64,000 nt of DNA, taken from Chlorokybus atmophyticus. Its lineage: Eukaryota; Plantae; Mesostigma and Chlorokybus algae. Where the stretch lies: assembly GCA_009103225.1 (NCBI GenBank), contig RHPI01002568.1, positions 534,098 through 598,097 on the forward strand, read 5' to 3'. The notes under the pieces are model-generated. The model saw only the letters and a list, made by a program, of their open reading frames with translations, was not told the DNA's origin and made no database searches. Shown here piece by piece: positions 1-11,990 of this stretch. How positions within the stretch are numbered: the first letter of the stretch is position 1; the number at the start of each line of letters is the position of its first letter. The translations under genes and the position numbers were made by a program.

Positions 1-706
1 TCCATCCTGGACGTAGCGAAGGAGTTGCAAGATGTCACAGGAGGTCAGAAAAAGCGTCGCAAGGCCGACAGCACGGACCCCATCTCCACCGCACTCACAC
101 GGCGCTTCGGCCTGGCCGGAGGGCTTGCATGGCTTGGATTTCTGGCCTTTGGAGTGATTTCAGAGCAAATCAAAACACGCCGAGAGGTCAAAGAGGTACG
201 CTTGTTTGATTACTATCGTTGCAGTCTGGTCGCTATTGTGCACGACTCTGTCTCAGGACATTTATCAGCGTACAACCAAAGCGAGATACTGATGTCTGTG
301 TAAGGCTGAGGAGGGTGCGCGGGAGGTGTCTGCGCAGCAGGTTACGACGCCTTCTGGTTTAAAGTACAAGGACCTGCGTATTGGTGGTGGCGATCAGCCT
401 CGCAAGGGGGATTTGGTGGTGGTGGACTACACCGGTCGTCTGGCAGACGGCACTGTAATTGATGACACACGCGCGCGAGGCCGCCCGGTGGCGTTTGTCT
501 TTGCAGGGCAGCCGTCCTCAACAATAAGCCGTGGCCTTGAGGAAGGAATAGGCACGATGCACCAAGGAGGCCGCAGGAAGATAGTGATTCCGCCTGTCTT
601 GGGCTTTGGACAGGGTGATGTTGTGCTCCCCTCCGGCGGGCGAGTGCCAGCTAATTCAGTTCTGGAGTATGATGTAGAGTTGCTACGAGTCTCCATTGCA
701 CCTTAA
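1..706 (+). CDS. FKBP17-2: Thylakoid FKBP-type peptidyl-prolyl isomerase, FKBP17-2-like (5' end outside window)
   Basis: Exons <1..195 and 305..706, GT-AG intron 196..304. Spliced protein ..ALTRRFGLAGGLAWLGFLAFGVISEQIKTRREV..TPSGLKYKDLRIGGG..GGRRKIVIPPVLGFG..LEYDVELLRVSIAP matches the plant FKBP17-2 pattern. Confidence 0.9.
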
Positions 707-839
707 AACTCTTAGCCAAGACACATGCAACGACGATGATAACCTCAGTTACTTTGTGTTTGTGCCAAGTGACGAGAAAAGCACCATCATCCCAAAACTG
801 CTGAATGCTGTGTCACACAGCATGTTTGCTTATCTACAG

Positions 840-1924
840 CTAGCTTAGGTCACTTGGCTCATTATTAGAGCACGCAGCTGAACTGGTGCACACTTTTTCA
901 AACAGCTGATGTGTTTCAGACTGCATCGTCTGCACCCGGCTAACTCTAGCGTATGAGTTTGCACCTGCCCCAGTCTCCTGTGTAGCTGCCCAGTACGCGT
1001 TCTTGGCGTCGGTCATTGGTGTACCTAGCATACTTTGATAGAGAAGGTCAAGCTGGCTTCGCTGTTCTTCAGAAAGCGTAAGCTGCTCCGCGAATGCCGT
1101 CATTGCACTGTAAGATGTGAGCATTCAGATCACGAGCAGTATATAGAGAGCAGCATTTGTATAGAGAGCACGACAGGGCACTGTCTCGCATGCAGTGTAC
1201 AATGAGTCAATGTGCATGCGCATGTGTCCTACGACGGAACAGCAAACCAGGAGGAACGAGCATATGTACACATGTCTTGACATTTGCGTGTTGCAACTGC
1301 ATTCTTTACATAGGTATGCACAAACGCACGCACGCATGCTCGCACATGCACAGACCTGACGATGCCACGAGCGTGCCCCCAATCGTAGCCTGCAGGAGCA
1401 GCTTGCTTGAACCCCTCGTTGAACCCTTTTTGCATAGCAGCATTCTTTCCTTCGGTGAGACCATCCCTGTACCCCAACTGTCACAAAGAAACGTACAACG
1501 TATCATGGTTACATGGTTGCTCGTCAACATCGCTACTGTTGCAAGCTTCAGCCCCTGTGTTTCAAACCTTTCATGCGAGCTGTTCGTTAACAATAACACA
1601 TGAGAACTCCGTCATAGAAACATAACGACTCCGTGGGCCAGTTTGCGACCATTCAATGAAGCTTGGTTGTGCGTACATAACTTGGAAGCTTTCAGAAAAG
1701 CTGCTTTGATTCCGAGACATAAGAATGATAAAATTCTGTAGCATGCATATACGAATATGAGGTGACAAGTCCAACAGCTACTAATGAACAGCAACGTTGA
1801 ACATAAGCGCCCACAACCGTGAGCCCAAGACACGCACCGAGTAGAAGCGGCGCTCCCTCTCCTCCCACTCCCTGTTGAGTTCCGCTGCGGAGACGTCGCC
1901 GCAGCCGTCATCTTCCTCCTCCAT
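840..1924 (-). CDS. YAE1: Yae1 N-terminal domain family protein
   Basis: Three exons (about 1924..1838, 1477..1353, 1108..840): MEEEDDGCGDVSAAELNREWEERERRFYS|MGYRDGLTEGKNAAMQKGFNEGFKQ.. This carries the GYxDGxxxG..Q.GF.EG Yae1/deca-GX3 motif. Confidence 0.75.
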
Positions 1925-2187
1925 CTCACCCACAACGCCGGCTGACTACTGGCAGCAGCTTCGTGTGCTCGCACTGCTCAAAGCTGAGGTATGCTGGCAG
2001 CAGCTTCCGTCTCTTGAAATTGTTTTCACGGTCGCAGACCGACTCCCAAAACGACCGTGGTTTCCCCGCTGAGTGGCACTCATATCGCATGTACTCGCGA
2101 ATCTGACAAGACCGTTTTGCGCACTACAAATGCGTAACGGGGTTTCTTCTAAAACTTGCAGGTTAGCTTCCACGCTTGGGGGCAAGC

Positions 2188-3971
2188 ATGGCCATGGCGT
2201 CAGTGGCGGCGACGGCCGCGGCGGCTGCGAGAGGGTTCCTTGGGAGTGTGAAAAGGAGGAATCAATCCCACCAGCAGGAGAGTAAGGCGGTCGCGGAACA
2301 ATATAAGTTGCCAGGAGCTTGTGCTGTTTCAGGGAATGGGAGTGTGCTTTCCGGCATTCGACTTGTCGCTAGGCGCAAACTGCATGGCTTGACAGCTCAG
2401 AAGTGCAGTAGGCTAAATGCGGTAAGCAGCATTGCATGCCACGGAAGCAGTAGTAGCTGCGACAACTTGAGCGAAGTTCGTGTGTATGCAGTACAACAAC
2501 ATGACATCACAGTGTTTTGCGGAAACGTCACTCACAATGCTGCGTGCATGCGGGTAAAGGCAATGGTTGAAACCGTGCGGTTCACCTCACACGCAAGCAG
2601 TACGCCAACTCATTGGTGCACCTCAGTGGTATTATCTGGCACATTGCAGAGGTATAAGTACTCAAAACCGCCGTTGCTGCACATGATTGCGCACTGTACT
2701 GCCAGTAGAGTAGAAAGCTAGCAACCTAATTCATGCGTCTTGGTTGATGCGTGCCTGGACCTGCAAGCAAGAATGGATGGTGTTGCTGCTCAGGCGTGCT
2801 GCAGCGCTAGGAGACCTTCCAGCTCAGCTGATGAGGCCGAGGTTTCTCATGAAGCACATGAAGTCAGCACCACTGCTACTAGCACGACAACCGCCATCAG
2901 ACAACCTAGACACCTGTCCTGGCGACCTCTCGTCGGCCTTGTGCTTGCCATTGGTGAGAGCAATGAATCTGTACTGCATGTTTATATTCCTGCTCTTTTG
3001 CTGTTGAGCTTCTGTCATGTATGCTGCTGCACTGTGAGCGACATGCTCACGCTGACTAATGCTGCCTTCATCTGCATATCAAAGTTGCATCCATCTTCAC
3101 ACATGTACGCTTGCAGTTTATACTCAGTTCATGCATGCGTGACGCAGCCATCCTCTGCGTCCCATTCCGTGCCTTGGCCCACACAGTCGTGACGACTGCC
3201 ACTGTCTCTACCCACCTCGGTCCCGGGCAACGCATTGCAGCAATGCTGAGACAAGCTCGCTGGCCGGATGAGATCATCCTGATGGTGATTGCACTGCTGC
3301 CGATTGTAGAGCTCCGCGGTGCCGTTCCAGTCGGTCACTGGATGGGCGTTGGGCAGCTGAAGAACTGGTCACTCAGCGTGATTGGCAACATGGTGCCGGT
3401 GCCCTTTGTGCTAAGGTAGCAATGCGGTTTGTGGTGCAAGATCATGAAGGACTCTCCATGCAATCTCAGCACGCGTGGCTCTATACGCCATGTTGCAGGT
3501 ATTTGGGTCCGGTGTCGGAAGCTCTTATGGCACGCAGCGATGCAGCAAAGAGCTTCTTTGACTGGTTATTCAAGCGCACGAGGAACAAAGCTCAAGATAT
3601 CACTTCCCAAGAGTGGCGCGCACTTGGGTTGATGATATTTGTTGCCATCCCGCTGCCACTGACTGGCGCTTGGTACGATGGCATGCTGTCAAGTCCAAAC
3701 AGCAATAGGCGTTGCCCATATGCACAAACCAACCTGCTGCATACTTACTATGTCTTTCAGGTCAGGGGCGATTGCAGCGTATCTGCTGGACATGCCTTTC
3801 TGGGAGTCTTTCTGGGCAATACTTTTGGGCGTGATGATTGCAGGCATTATCATGCTAGTTGTCGTGGCTCTCGGGTGGATTGGAGCGGCCATTGCAGGGG
3901 TTGCACTAATGGCGTTGGTAGGGGGAGGGTTTTTGACTGCCATGAAAACGCGTCACTCGCAGACGGCATAG
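2188..3971 (+). CDS. Small multi-drug export family membrane protein with plastid transit-like N-terminus
   Basis: Ala/Ser-rich N-terminus. Exons encode WPDEIILMVIALLPIVELRGAVPVGHW, LSVIGNMVPVPF, ALGLMIFVAIPLPLTGAW|SGAIAAYLLDMPFWESFWAILLGVMIAG, the family signature. GT-AG junctions. Confidence 0.85.
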
Positions 3972-4278
3972 CTTTAGGACATTTTGTACCATTATGCAAC
4001 CTGTTCAGCAGAGGCTATCATCCGGCTTCAAATCAAGCGCTATGTAGCATTATCAGATTGGTCAGGTAGCCTTGACACGCACAGGATGCATGCAGTTGCA
4101 CGTGTAGACATGTATACATTGCGACCTCGGACTGTGATTCACGGTCCAAGAAATTGACTGCAAGCCTCGCTCATATCCGCCTGTGCACATTGTAGTCACT
4201 GCGGTGTATGCACAGGCATACCCTTAGGGACAAAGCAGCGTCACAAAGCATATGTACAAGCACCACTATGTACAGTTT

Positions 4279-7051
4279 CTACAAGTGAGCTGAATTCTCC
4301 TGCAGCTTCTTGGACAGGAGATCCCGCATGTACGACTGCAGGATGGCACCTGCAGCGAAGGTTACAACATTGTCACACAGCACATCAATGACATGCACGC
4401 ATGTGACACTTATACTCATGCTGATGCTGGCGGATGGAGGCAAGCTGTGCTGCAGCTGCGGTCTCTGCATCAACACAGTCAACTCCGCTGCAGTCTTGTG
4501 CAACGCCAGCAGCGCTCCCTACACAGACAGAAAATTAGTTAGCAACACGCACATCCACTTGCATCCTTCCTGTGACCTGCACTTACCTGCCAAGCACCAT
4601 CAAAGTGACCGACATGCTCGGCGGCAAACGCACGATCCACCACCGCATCCGGCTCCTCGTGCACGCCAGCATGTGCTTTCTTCCAGTGCGTAAGCATCTG
4701 CAGTGTGACAGACACACACACTTGCGCACGCATACATGCATGTGCGCTATCCCCTTAGCATCTCTTGTGCATGCAGACACATGTATTACAAAATGGACAT
4801 CTGACAAAACAACAGGTAAGCATCGCCCTTGCGCACCACTTTGCGTTCATCAGAGGGTTTCTCCGACTTGCGTCCCGGCCGATCGCTGGCGAAGAAGCCG
4901 CAGGCCGGGTAGCCGCATCGGTACTTGTCCGCGGCAGAGATGCTGCCAGGTATGCGGCGCTGCACGGGCTGGACGGTCACGCCGGGCACGCCCACTTCGT
5001 ACAAATTTTCGTAGGGCGTGCCGTCCGCGAAGCACTGCAACGGACAGGACCTGATGATGGTGGACGGTATGTGTTTGTGTTGCGTGTTGTGGAGAGTACA
5101 CACACTCAAACATGTGCACCTGCTTGGGTGGGATCGTCCCCCCCCGTGGTGCCGTTCCCCATGGTACTGTACCCCGCAGACTGCGCACACCTTCATGTTT
5201 TGCGCTTCATCGCGCATACCTGGAAGTTTCCCTGGAGCCCTGGCCTTTGCTCTGGCTGCACATAACAGAAGCGTGCATCACAAGATTGTAGTCTTTATGA
5301 CACAGAGGTGGTTTACTGTGGTAGTGATGTACGTGTTGCAAACGTGCCCACATACAGAAACAAGGCACGCGCGTGCACACGCCTCATGTATACGCGACTG
5401 CATCATTTGTATGTATAAGCATACGCGTGCAAATAATCCTGTATGCACAAGTATGATTTGCGCTTGCGCTTGCGCTTACGCGTGTGCCTACAATGAACTT
5501 ACGCAGGAGCTCCTCTTCGAGCTGCATACGCACGCCTGAGCCGTAAAACTCTTCCGACAGCGTGAGCCTCTGGTTCATGTACTTATGATACAACATTACA
5601 ACGGACGCCTTCCTCTTATATGCATGATCCCGCTTCAGCCACAGGTATATCTGATGACAATGAAACAGATAGCAAAGTCACGCAACATTGGAGCCATATG
5701 ACCGACACAACATTCCCACCTGTTGCCATGTGTGCCTCTCGAGTGGTGGCAGCGCCCGCTCGGTCTCCATCAACACCTTCACCATCAAGCGCAAGTCCCC
5801 GAGCGGCTGCCCGCGCTCCTGCTTAATGGGATTGTTGTCCTGTTCACCCACTACTACTCCTTTACCTTTCTCATCAATATCATCTCCGCTTTCATCAAGA
5901 TCTTCTTCTCCCCTCCTCCTCTTTGTCCCCTTTTTCATTTCCTTCTTCTTCTTTTTTCTTGTGTCCTTTAGCAACTCTTCCTTGGTGTACTCCTCGTCTG
6001 CGTCCTCGTCCATATCGGATGATGAAGAGGATGCAATCAAGGGCTCGTCTTCATCGTCGGAAGGGAGGAAAGGGTCGCTCGACTCTTCATTGTTGTTGTC
6101 GTTGGCATTGGAGAAGGCGCGCGCTATGGCACCCTGAGGACCGTACTGCTGCTCCACCCACGCTCTCCTCTCAGCCTACAAGACAACAAAAAATACTTTA
6201 ACACGCACGCACAACAAGCTGCTTGCCTCACGACCGACGAGCGCATCCCGCTAGTTTTATCAACAGCATCACACCCTTTCCTTGCCTGTTGTCGGAGGAC
6301 GTAGTTTGCGAGGTACTGTCGGTCGGTGACTTCCGCAAAGTAACTGAGGTGGTCGCTGATCTTGCGTACCCGACTCGGTTTCTTCTTCTTCTTCGCTCGT
6401 GCTGGCGGTCCTCCCTGTCTGCTTGCGCCCGCTCCATCTCCACCTATGTCCTCATCACCTGCTGCCGCTGCTTCTTCTGCCTGGAACTGCAGGAGACTTG
6501 AATGAGCATGACAATCAGCATGGTAACATACATACGAATCAATCCGCATGCATATGTGTGTGTGTGTGTTGTGGTGTGTCTAACCGCATGCATATGTGTG
6601 CATGCAACCAAGCATTGTCATGCATGTTCGGCACGTATTCATGTGTCAAACACTCTCATCCACTCTAGATGCAAGCTTAAGGTCACAGGGACACCTGATG
6701 TTGCAACATGACTGAGCTTGACTGAGACAAACGACAGTGTCAAATCAGGGCTCCAAGACACAGCAACGACAACCACACGTGCCATCAGATTTTATGAGTT
6801 TTATATCTATCTATCCAAATTTTTACATCATTGACAAAATTGCTTAACAATAAGAGTAGACTCGTCAGTGAGGCTGTTTATACAATAATGTCAACAGCAA
6901 CCGTGCATGCACATCTGCTCGACTTCCTCAGCAACACAGCAGCAACACAGCAACCAGATAGGTCAACGCAGACCTGCGCGTGATACGTCTGCTCCACTTC
7001 ATTCTCATGCATCACTCCCACTCCCGCGCCCTGCTGCTCCTCCTCCTCCAT
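4279..7051 (-). CDS. Hypothetical multi-exon nuclear protein (acidic/Lys-rich tracts, C2H2-like motif near the C-terminus)
   Basis: In-frame exons MEEEEQQ..YHAQ|FQAEE..YVLRQQ|AERRAW..HTWQQ, then a later exon pair YRCGYPACGFF..|MLTHWKKAH. No family recognised; the start and 3' end are uncertain. Confidence 0.5.
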
Positions 7052-7194
7052 GGCCGCCACCGCCGCCGCCACGCACTCCGCCAATGTCGCCACCTGAACC
7101 CACGGTGAGCACAGTGATCCAGCACTGATTGACACTTGATCCATTATGAGGAACCAACATGAGTCGGGCTGACCCAGGGTCACCGCATACACGA

Positions 7195-7217
7195 TTAGGG
7201 TTAGGGTTTTCCCGCGC
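7195..7217. promoter_or_regulatory. Overlapping telo-box (TAGGGTTT 7202..7209) and E2F site (TTTCCCGC 7208..7215) between divergent genes
   Basis: Sequence TTAGGGTTAGGGTTTTCCCGCGC lies about 155 bp upstream of the WEE1 ATG and about 150 bp upstream of the orphan gene ATG. Confidence 0.5.
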
Positions 7218-7369
7218 ATATGGCGTTCGTACTTTCGAAAACGGGACTTAGCCGTTTGTTGTCGTGTCGCTGGTGTTGTTGTTGGCGGCGGCAGCGGCAT
7301 GCTTGAGGGGGAAGGTGCAGGCAACTTTGGGGGAAAGGTAACATAGGCAGCAATTGACTGCGATTTGCC

Positions 7370-10300
7370 ATGGTGGTGGCGCTGGAGACGAGGATGAGGC
7401 CGCCGCCGCCAGGGCGGGCGGCCTACGCTGGGGGCAGCGGCGGCGGCGGTAGGGTTGGGCGCGGAGCGGAGGAGTTTATGAACCTCAGCCAGGTTCTCAG
7501 TCAGGTGCGGTTGGATGAGACCCTCGCGGATCACGCGGCGGCGGTGCTGAACGCCGGAGATGCGGAGCCATTTATACACACCTGCACCCAGCAGCAGGCA
7601 GCACCTCTCCTCTCTGCAAGCCAAGGGTTTGGATCCTTTGGCAGCAGCCAAGACTGCGTGCTCAGGCAAGCGAGCATTCCCTGAAGGGTGCATGCAGGGA
7701 GTCATTATTTCTACCATATAAGTACAGTTGCACAGCAATGCAACTGCACTTATATGCATTGCTGATCTGCACATGCTTGTTGCATGCAGTTGGACAAACA
7801 AATGAAGTTATCAATTGCTGCGGTAGTCAATCGTGCTGTGACTTGAGTGATAATAGTGTGTTGATGGTGTCAATGATGAAGCTGGGTGATGATGTTGTCA
7901 CATTATTGCAGCACGCCGGACTTCATTACGCCGCAGGAGCAGCAGTTCCAAGTTGGTTGGGAGAGTGGGAAGGTCAGATGCTCAATGATACTGAGCTATG
8001 CTATGGCCATTGTATGTTTACCTAAACATTGCGCTTAAGCAGGAGAACGTCTCAGTCAACATGGTGCAATCGCCTGCACGCATCACCCCAATCAGAACAA
8101 AACGACCAAGAGGTGATTACCTGCGCATGCACATGCACATACACATGTATGCGTGCACACGCACACAAACGCAACATACACAGAATGCGCACGCACATCT
8201 GCACAGGCAACCACATATGCATACACGTGCGCACGCGCAAGCGCCGGGTGCATATGTACGAGCGATGTGCAATGTCTCAACTCGAGTACGTTTCACTCCT
8301 CCTTTGCAGCGTCACAGTTGTCGGCAACGCCATCATCAATTCGTTCCAGTCCCTCCTCCTCCACCGAGTACTTTGGTCCCACTCCAGGCCGTCGCATGCA
8401 CACGCCAATGTCGGCAACAGGTGGTCGGCCTCCTCCCGGCGCAGTGTCCACCTCGACGCCCTCAGCAACGCAGTCCACGCAGTACGCCATCCATCACCCT
8501 CACCACCACCACCACGCACACGGGTCGAAAGGGAAACTCGCCACTACGCACACGCAAAGAGGACCGCGACGACCGAGATCGCCGCCGTACTATCCGAATC
8601 CTTACCTGTCGAGCGAGGATGCACACGCAAATGTCCCCACACCAACCAAACCTGCCGGTAAGTGTTTTGTTGTTGCTCGTTTTGAGCATTGGTCAAAGAG
8701 ACAGCACTGTTGAAGGGTATTGGTGCGCATGTGTGCATTTGTGTGTATGTTATCAACATGTGTCATAACATTTATGTAATACAATTGCACGCAGACGCAC
8801 GCATGCACTTAACAATTGCACATGGAGGTCTGCAGCATACGCACGTGCACTTGCGCTCACACATACACATATGTGCACGTATTATGCCTGGTGCATGAGG
8901 ACTTATGCATGCCGTGCTTTGATCCAGTCCCTGTGCGGATGTCACCATGGCTGGCGGGGACCTCACGATATCGTGATGAGTTTATAGAGTTGAAGGTGAG
9001 CAACCAACATGCATGGTGGCTATTGTAGACCCCTTCCTGATTGCAAATGTGTGTGCTGATACCGGCCGTGACACACAGGAGTTGGGCCGCGGCAGTTTTG
9101 GAAAGGTCATGCTCGTGCGCAAGAAGATTGACGGCTGCTTGTATGCCGTCAAACGATCTGCAAAACAGTTGCTGGAAGATAGTGAAAGGTGCATTGGGAG
9201 CATATACATACACAACGATACACATATATGTGTGTGTATGCATGCGCTACTCAAGCCAAGAATGCACCGTCCGTCTTATGTGAGACTTGTTTGTTGTATG
9301 TTCAGGAAACTAGCGAGGAGAGAAGTGCAAGCGTTGGCAGCATGTCCTTGTGAGTCGAGTTATGCTTGTAGAAGATGCAGAGACCACTTGTTATCTCAGA
9401 ACCCATTCTTACCAAAGAGTTGCGCGCATTGGCAGGTGTTGAGAACCTCATCAGATACTACTCTGCGTGGTATGAGAGCGACCACTTGTACATACAGCTG
9501 GAGCTTTGTGAAGGCAGCCTGGCAGGTCAACTTGCACATGTGATGAACTTGCTCTCAACCTACAACACCAACATTTGGTTTAAGTGCGTACTGCATGCCA
9601 CGCACTGACATCAAGCATACCTTCATACAGATCAGCAGGAAAGCGGGATGCAGTTTACTGAAGACATGCTCATTGAGTTGTTGCGCCAGGTACACACTTG
9701 CATGCACACGCACGCATTCCACGTGCACACACGCAAGCACGCACATGATGCTATTGTTGTCGCAGCATCGTTGATTTGTGCTTCTCATGCGTGTGTGGCC
9801 AGCTAGCGCAGGGGTTGTGCACACTGCACGAAGCGGGCATCGCCCACATGGACGTGAAGCCCGAGAACGTGTACCACAGGCGTGGCGTGTACAAGTTGGG
9901 CGATATGGGTCGTGCGTGTGCGCTGGATGGCGTGCGCGTCCCCGTTGAAGACGGAGACGTGCGCTACCTACCCATGGAGATCATGAATGACGACTATCGC
10001 CACCTCGACCGCGCGGATGTGTTCTCACTGGGAGCCACCGTGTATGAGATCGCCAAACGCACGCCACTACCCAAAGACGGCCCTACATTCCAGGTGGGTG
10101 ATGGTGTGTTGGTCTACAGTAGTGCAGTGCATAATTATAGTTAGTATGCAGTTACTGCATGCGTGCATGCATGCAAACATGTACCCATGCGCACAGTCAG
10201 TCATGTTCTAACTGTCTTGTTGGTCTGTCCGTGACACGCAGTCGCAGTGAGCAAAACACAAGTAGGTGTGTATCTCATCGTGAACAAACAGGCATTTGTT

Positions 10301-10580
10301 AGCATGCTTTTCAACAACACTTGTCTGTCTGCAGTCTCTAAGGAGAGGGTCGCTGTCGCCACTGCCGGGAATGTCGCAACCATTCCAACAACTGTTGAAG
10401 GCAAGCAAGCAAAGGAACTGCAATCCCTTGTATGTATATACTAAAGTTCTACAAGTAAATCGCCTCATGTATCTGTCTGCGCAGGATATGATGCATCCGG
10501 ACCCGACGCAGAGGCCGTCGGCCGAAGAGGTGCTGACGAGTCCGCTGTTGAATGATGGAAGCATGACGTGCTCGCTGTAG
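7370..10580 (+). CDS. WEE1: WEE1 protein kinase
   Basis: About 10 exons. N-terminal SQDCVL|STPDFITP matches plant SQDFFCTPDYITP; also PPYYPNPYL and SRYRDEF. Kinase motifs ELGRGSFGKV..DGCLYAVK, HLYIQLELC, HMDVKPEN, KLGDMG, VEDGDVRYLP, DVFSLG, DPTQRPSA. Confidence 0.95.
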
Positions 10581-11002
10581 CTTAGAATGCATGGTTGCTA
10601 CGTTTGCTGATTGTGGAACTCAGCGCCTGTACATTCCTTTTTTAACAAGTTGATGCAACGGTTCCCAACAAGTGAACTGAAGGAACAAACCCCTGTCATG
10701 CAACAACACTGTCAACCATGACTCTTTCTGTTGTGCCACAACAACAAGAAGGTGACTTACATCATCATCATCACTGACATCAGACTATCAGGTTGATGAA
10801 CCAACAGTGCACCTGCTGAACCGACCAACTTCAACAACTCCTCTCTCTAATCACAAGTCACCAAACGAACACCTTCTCACTTACTCAACCAACGAAGTAA
10901 CAACCCAACACTACTCAATTGTTGACTGCACTATACTCGACAATGTCCAGCATACCAACATCGTACAAACAACTTATCAACAAGTCCATACCAGAACTTC
11001 GA

Positions 11003-11855
11003 CTACCGTCTCCTGCTCTTCCCCGCGCCTTTCCTCCCCCTCACCCCTCCCTCGCCTCCTCCCTCTCCCCCGGCAACCGCCGCCCCTTCCCCCTGTCGTT
11101 GATGCGTCTCGTCCACCGATAGTGTTGTTGTGGTTGCGTCTTGAGGTGGGAGGAACTTGAGTGGGTGGCGGTTGAAAAAGGGCCAGTCGGGGACGGTCAC
11201 CTGGGGGGGTGAGGGATGGTGTGTAAGGGGAGGGGGTTGGGCATGCGGGAAGTTTGTTGTTGTGTATGTGTGCGTGGGAAGAGGGTGCGGAAAGAGAGTT
11301 GGAATCGTGCGTGTACAGAAAAATTGTGAGCAAAGGATGTGCATAGCTTGATGTGCTTCATCTGCTACTGCATGTCAAGTACGCAATCTATAGCTGTTTG
11401 TGTGCAACCATCGGTGGAGACAAACAGTCAAACAATAGTGTGCATGTTGTGCAAATGCAATGAAACATTCTCTCATCCCAACTGGCATCCTGATGAAGAG
11501 ACTGATGAGCGATGTGAGATCCATCATCACCGTCATATCACATTAACACAAGGCTGCTACTTATCCCTCACCAGGAGAGCGGCGATGACGCCTGTGGCGT
11601 AGACGGCCATCATCTGCTTGAACGACTGCAGCACGTAACCCGCAGCAAAACTCAGCACCTGCGCATGCATTCTGTTACACATCAAGCACAATGTGCCCCA
11701 AGTCAGAGCACATATGCACACGTGAAAGGTATTCATGGTCGTCCACCGAGACATTACAATGAGGACCGCCAGAGTTTGCATGCATTGCACACCGTGAACA
11801 GCATGATGATGTAATGCTGCAGCGACTCCGCCATCTGCTGCCCCTTCAGATCCAT
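11003..11855 (-). CDS. SPCS1: Signal peptidase complex subunit 1 (SPC12), 115 aa
   Basis: Exons 11855..11793, 11658..11572, 11200..11003: MDLKGQQMAESLQHYIIMLFT|VLSFAAGYVLQSFKQMMAVYATGVIAALL|VTVPDWPFFNRHPLKFL.. All junctions are phase-0 GT-AG. Confidence 0.92.
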
Positions 11856-11990
11856 CCCCTCTTCTCCTCCCCCTCCTCCTCCTCCTCCTCCTCCTCCTCC
11901 TCCACCACCTCCTTGCGCACCGCCGCCGCCGCACCGCAATGCAATGCGCACGCCGTAGTCAACACTGGGCGCGAGGCGGCGTCGTTGTGG

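Noticed and set aside
7195-7206. Interstitial telomere (TTAGGG x2)
   Set aside because: Only two units; better treated as a telo-box promoter motif.
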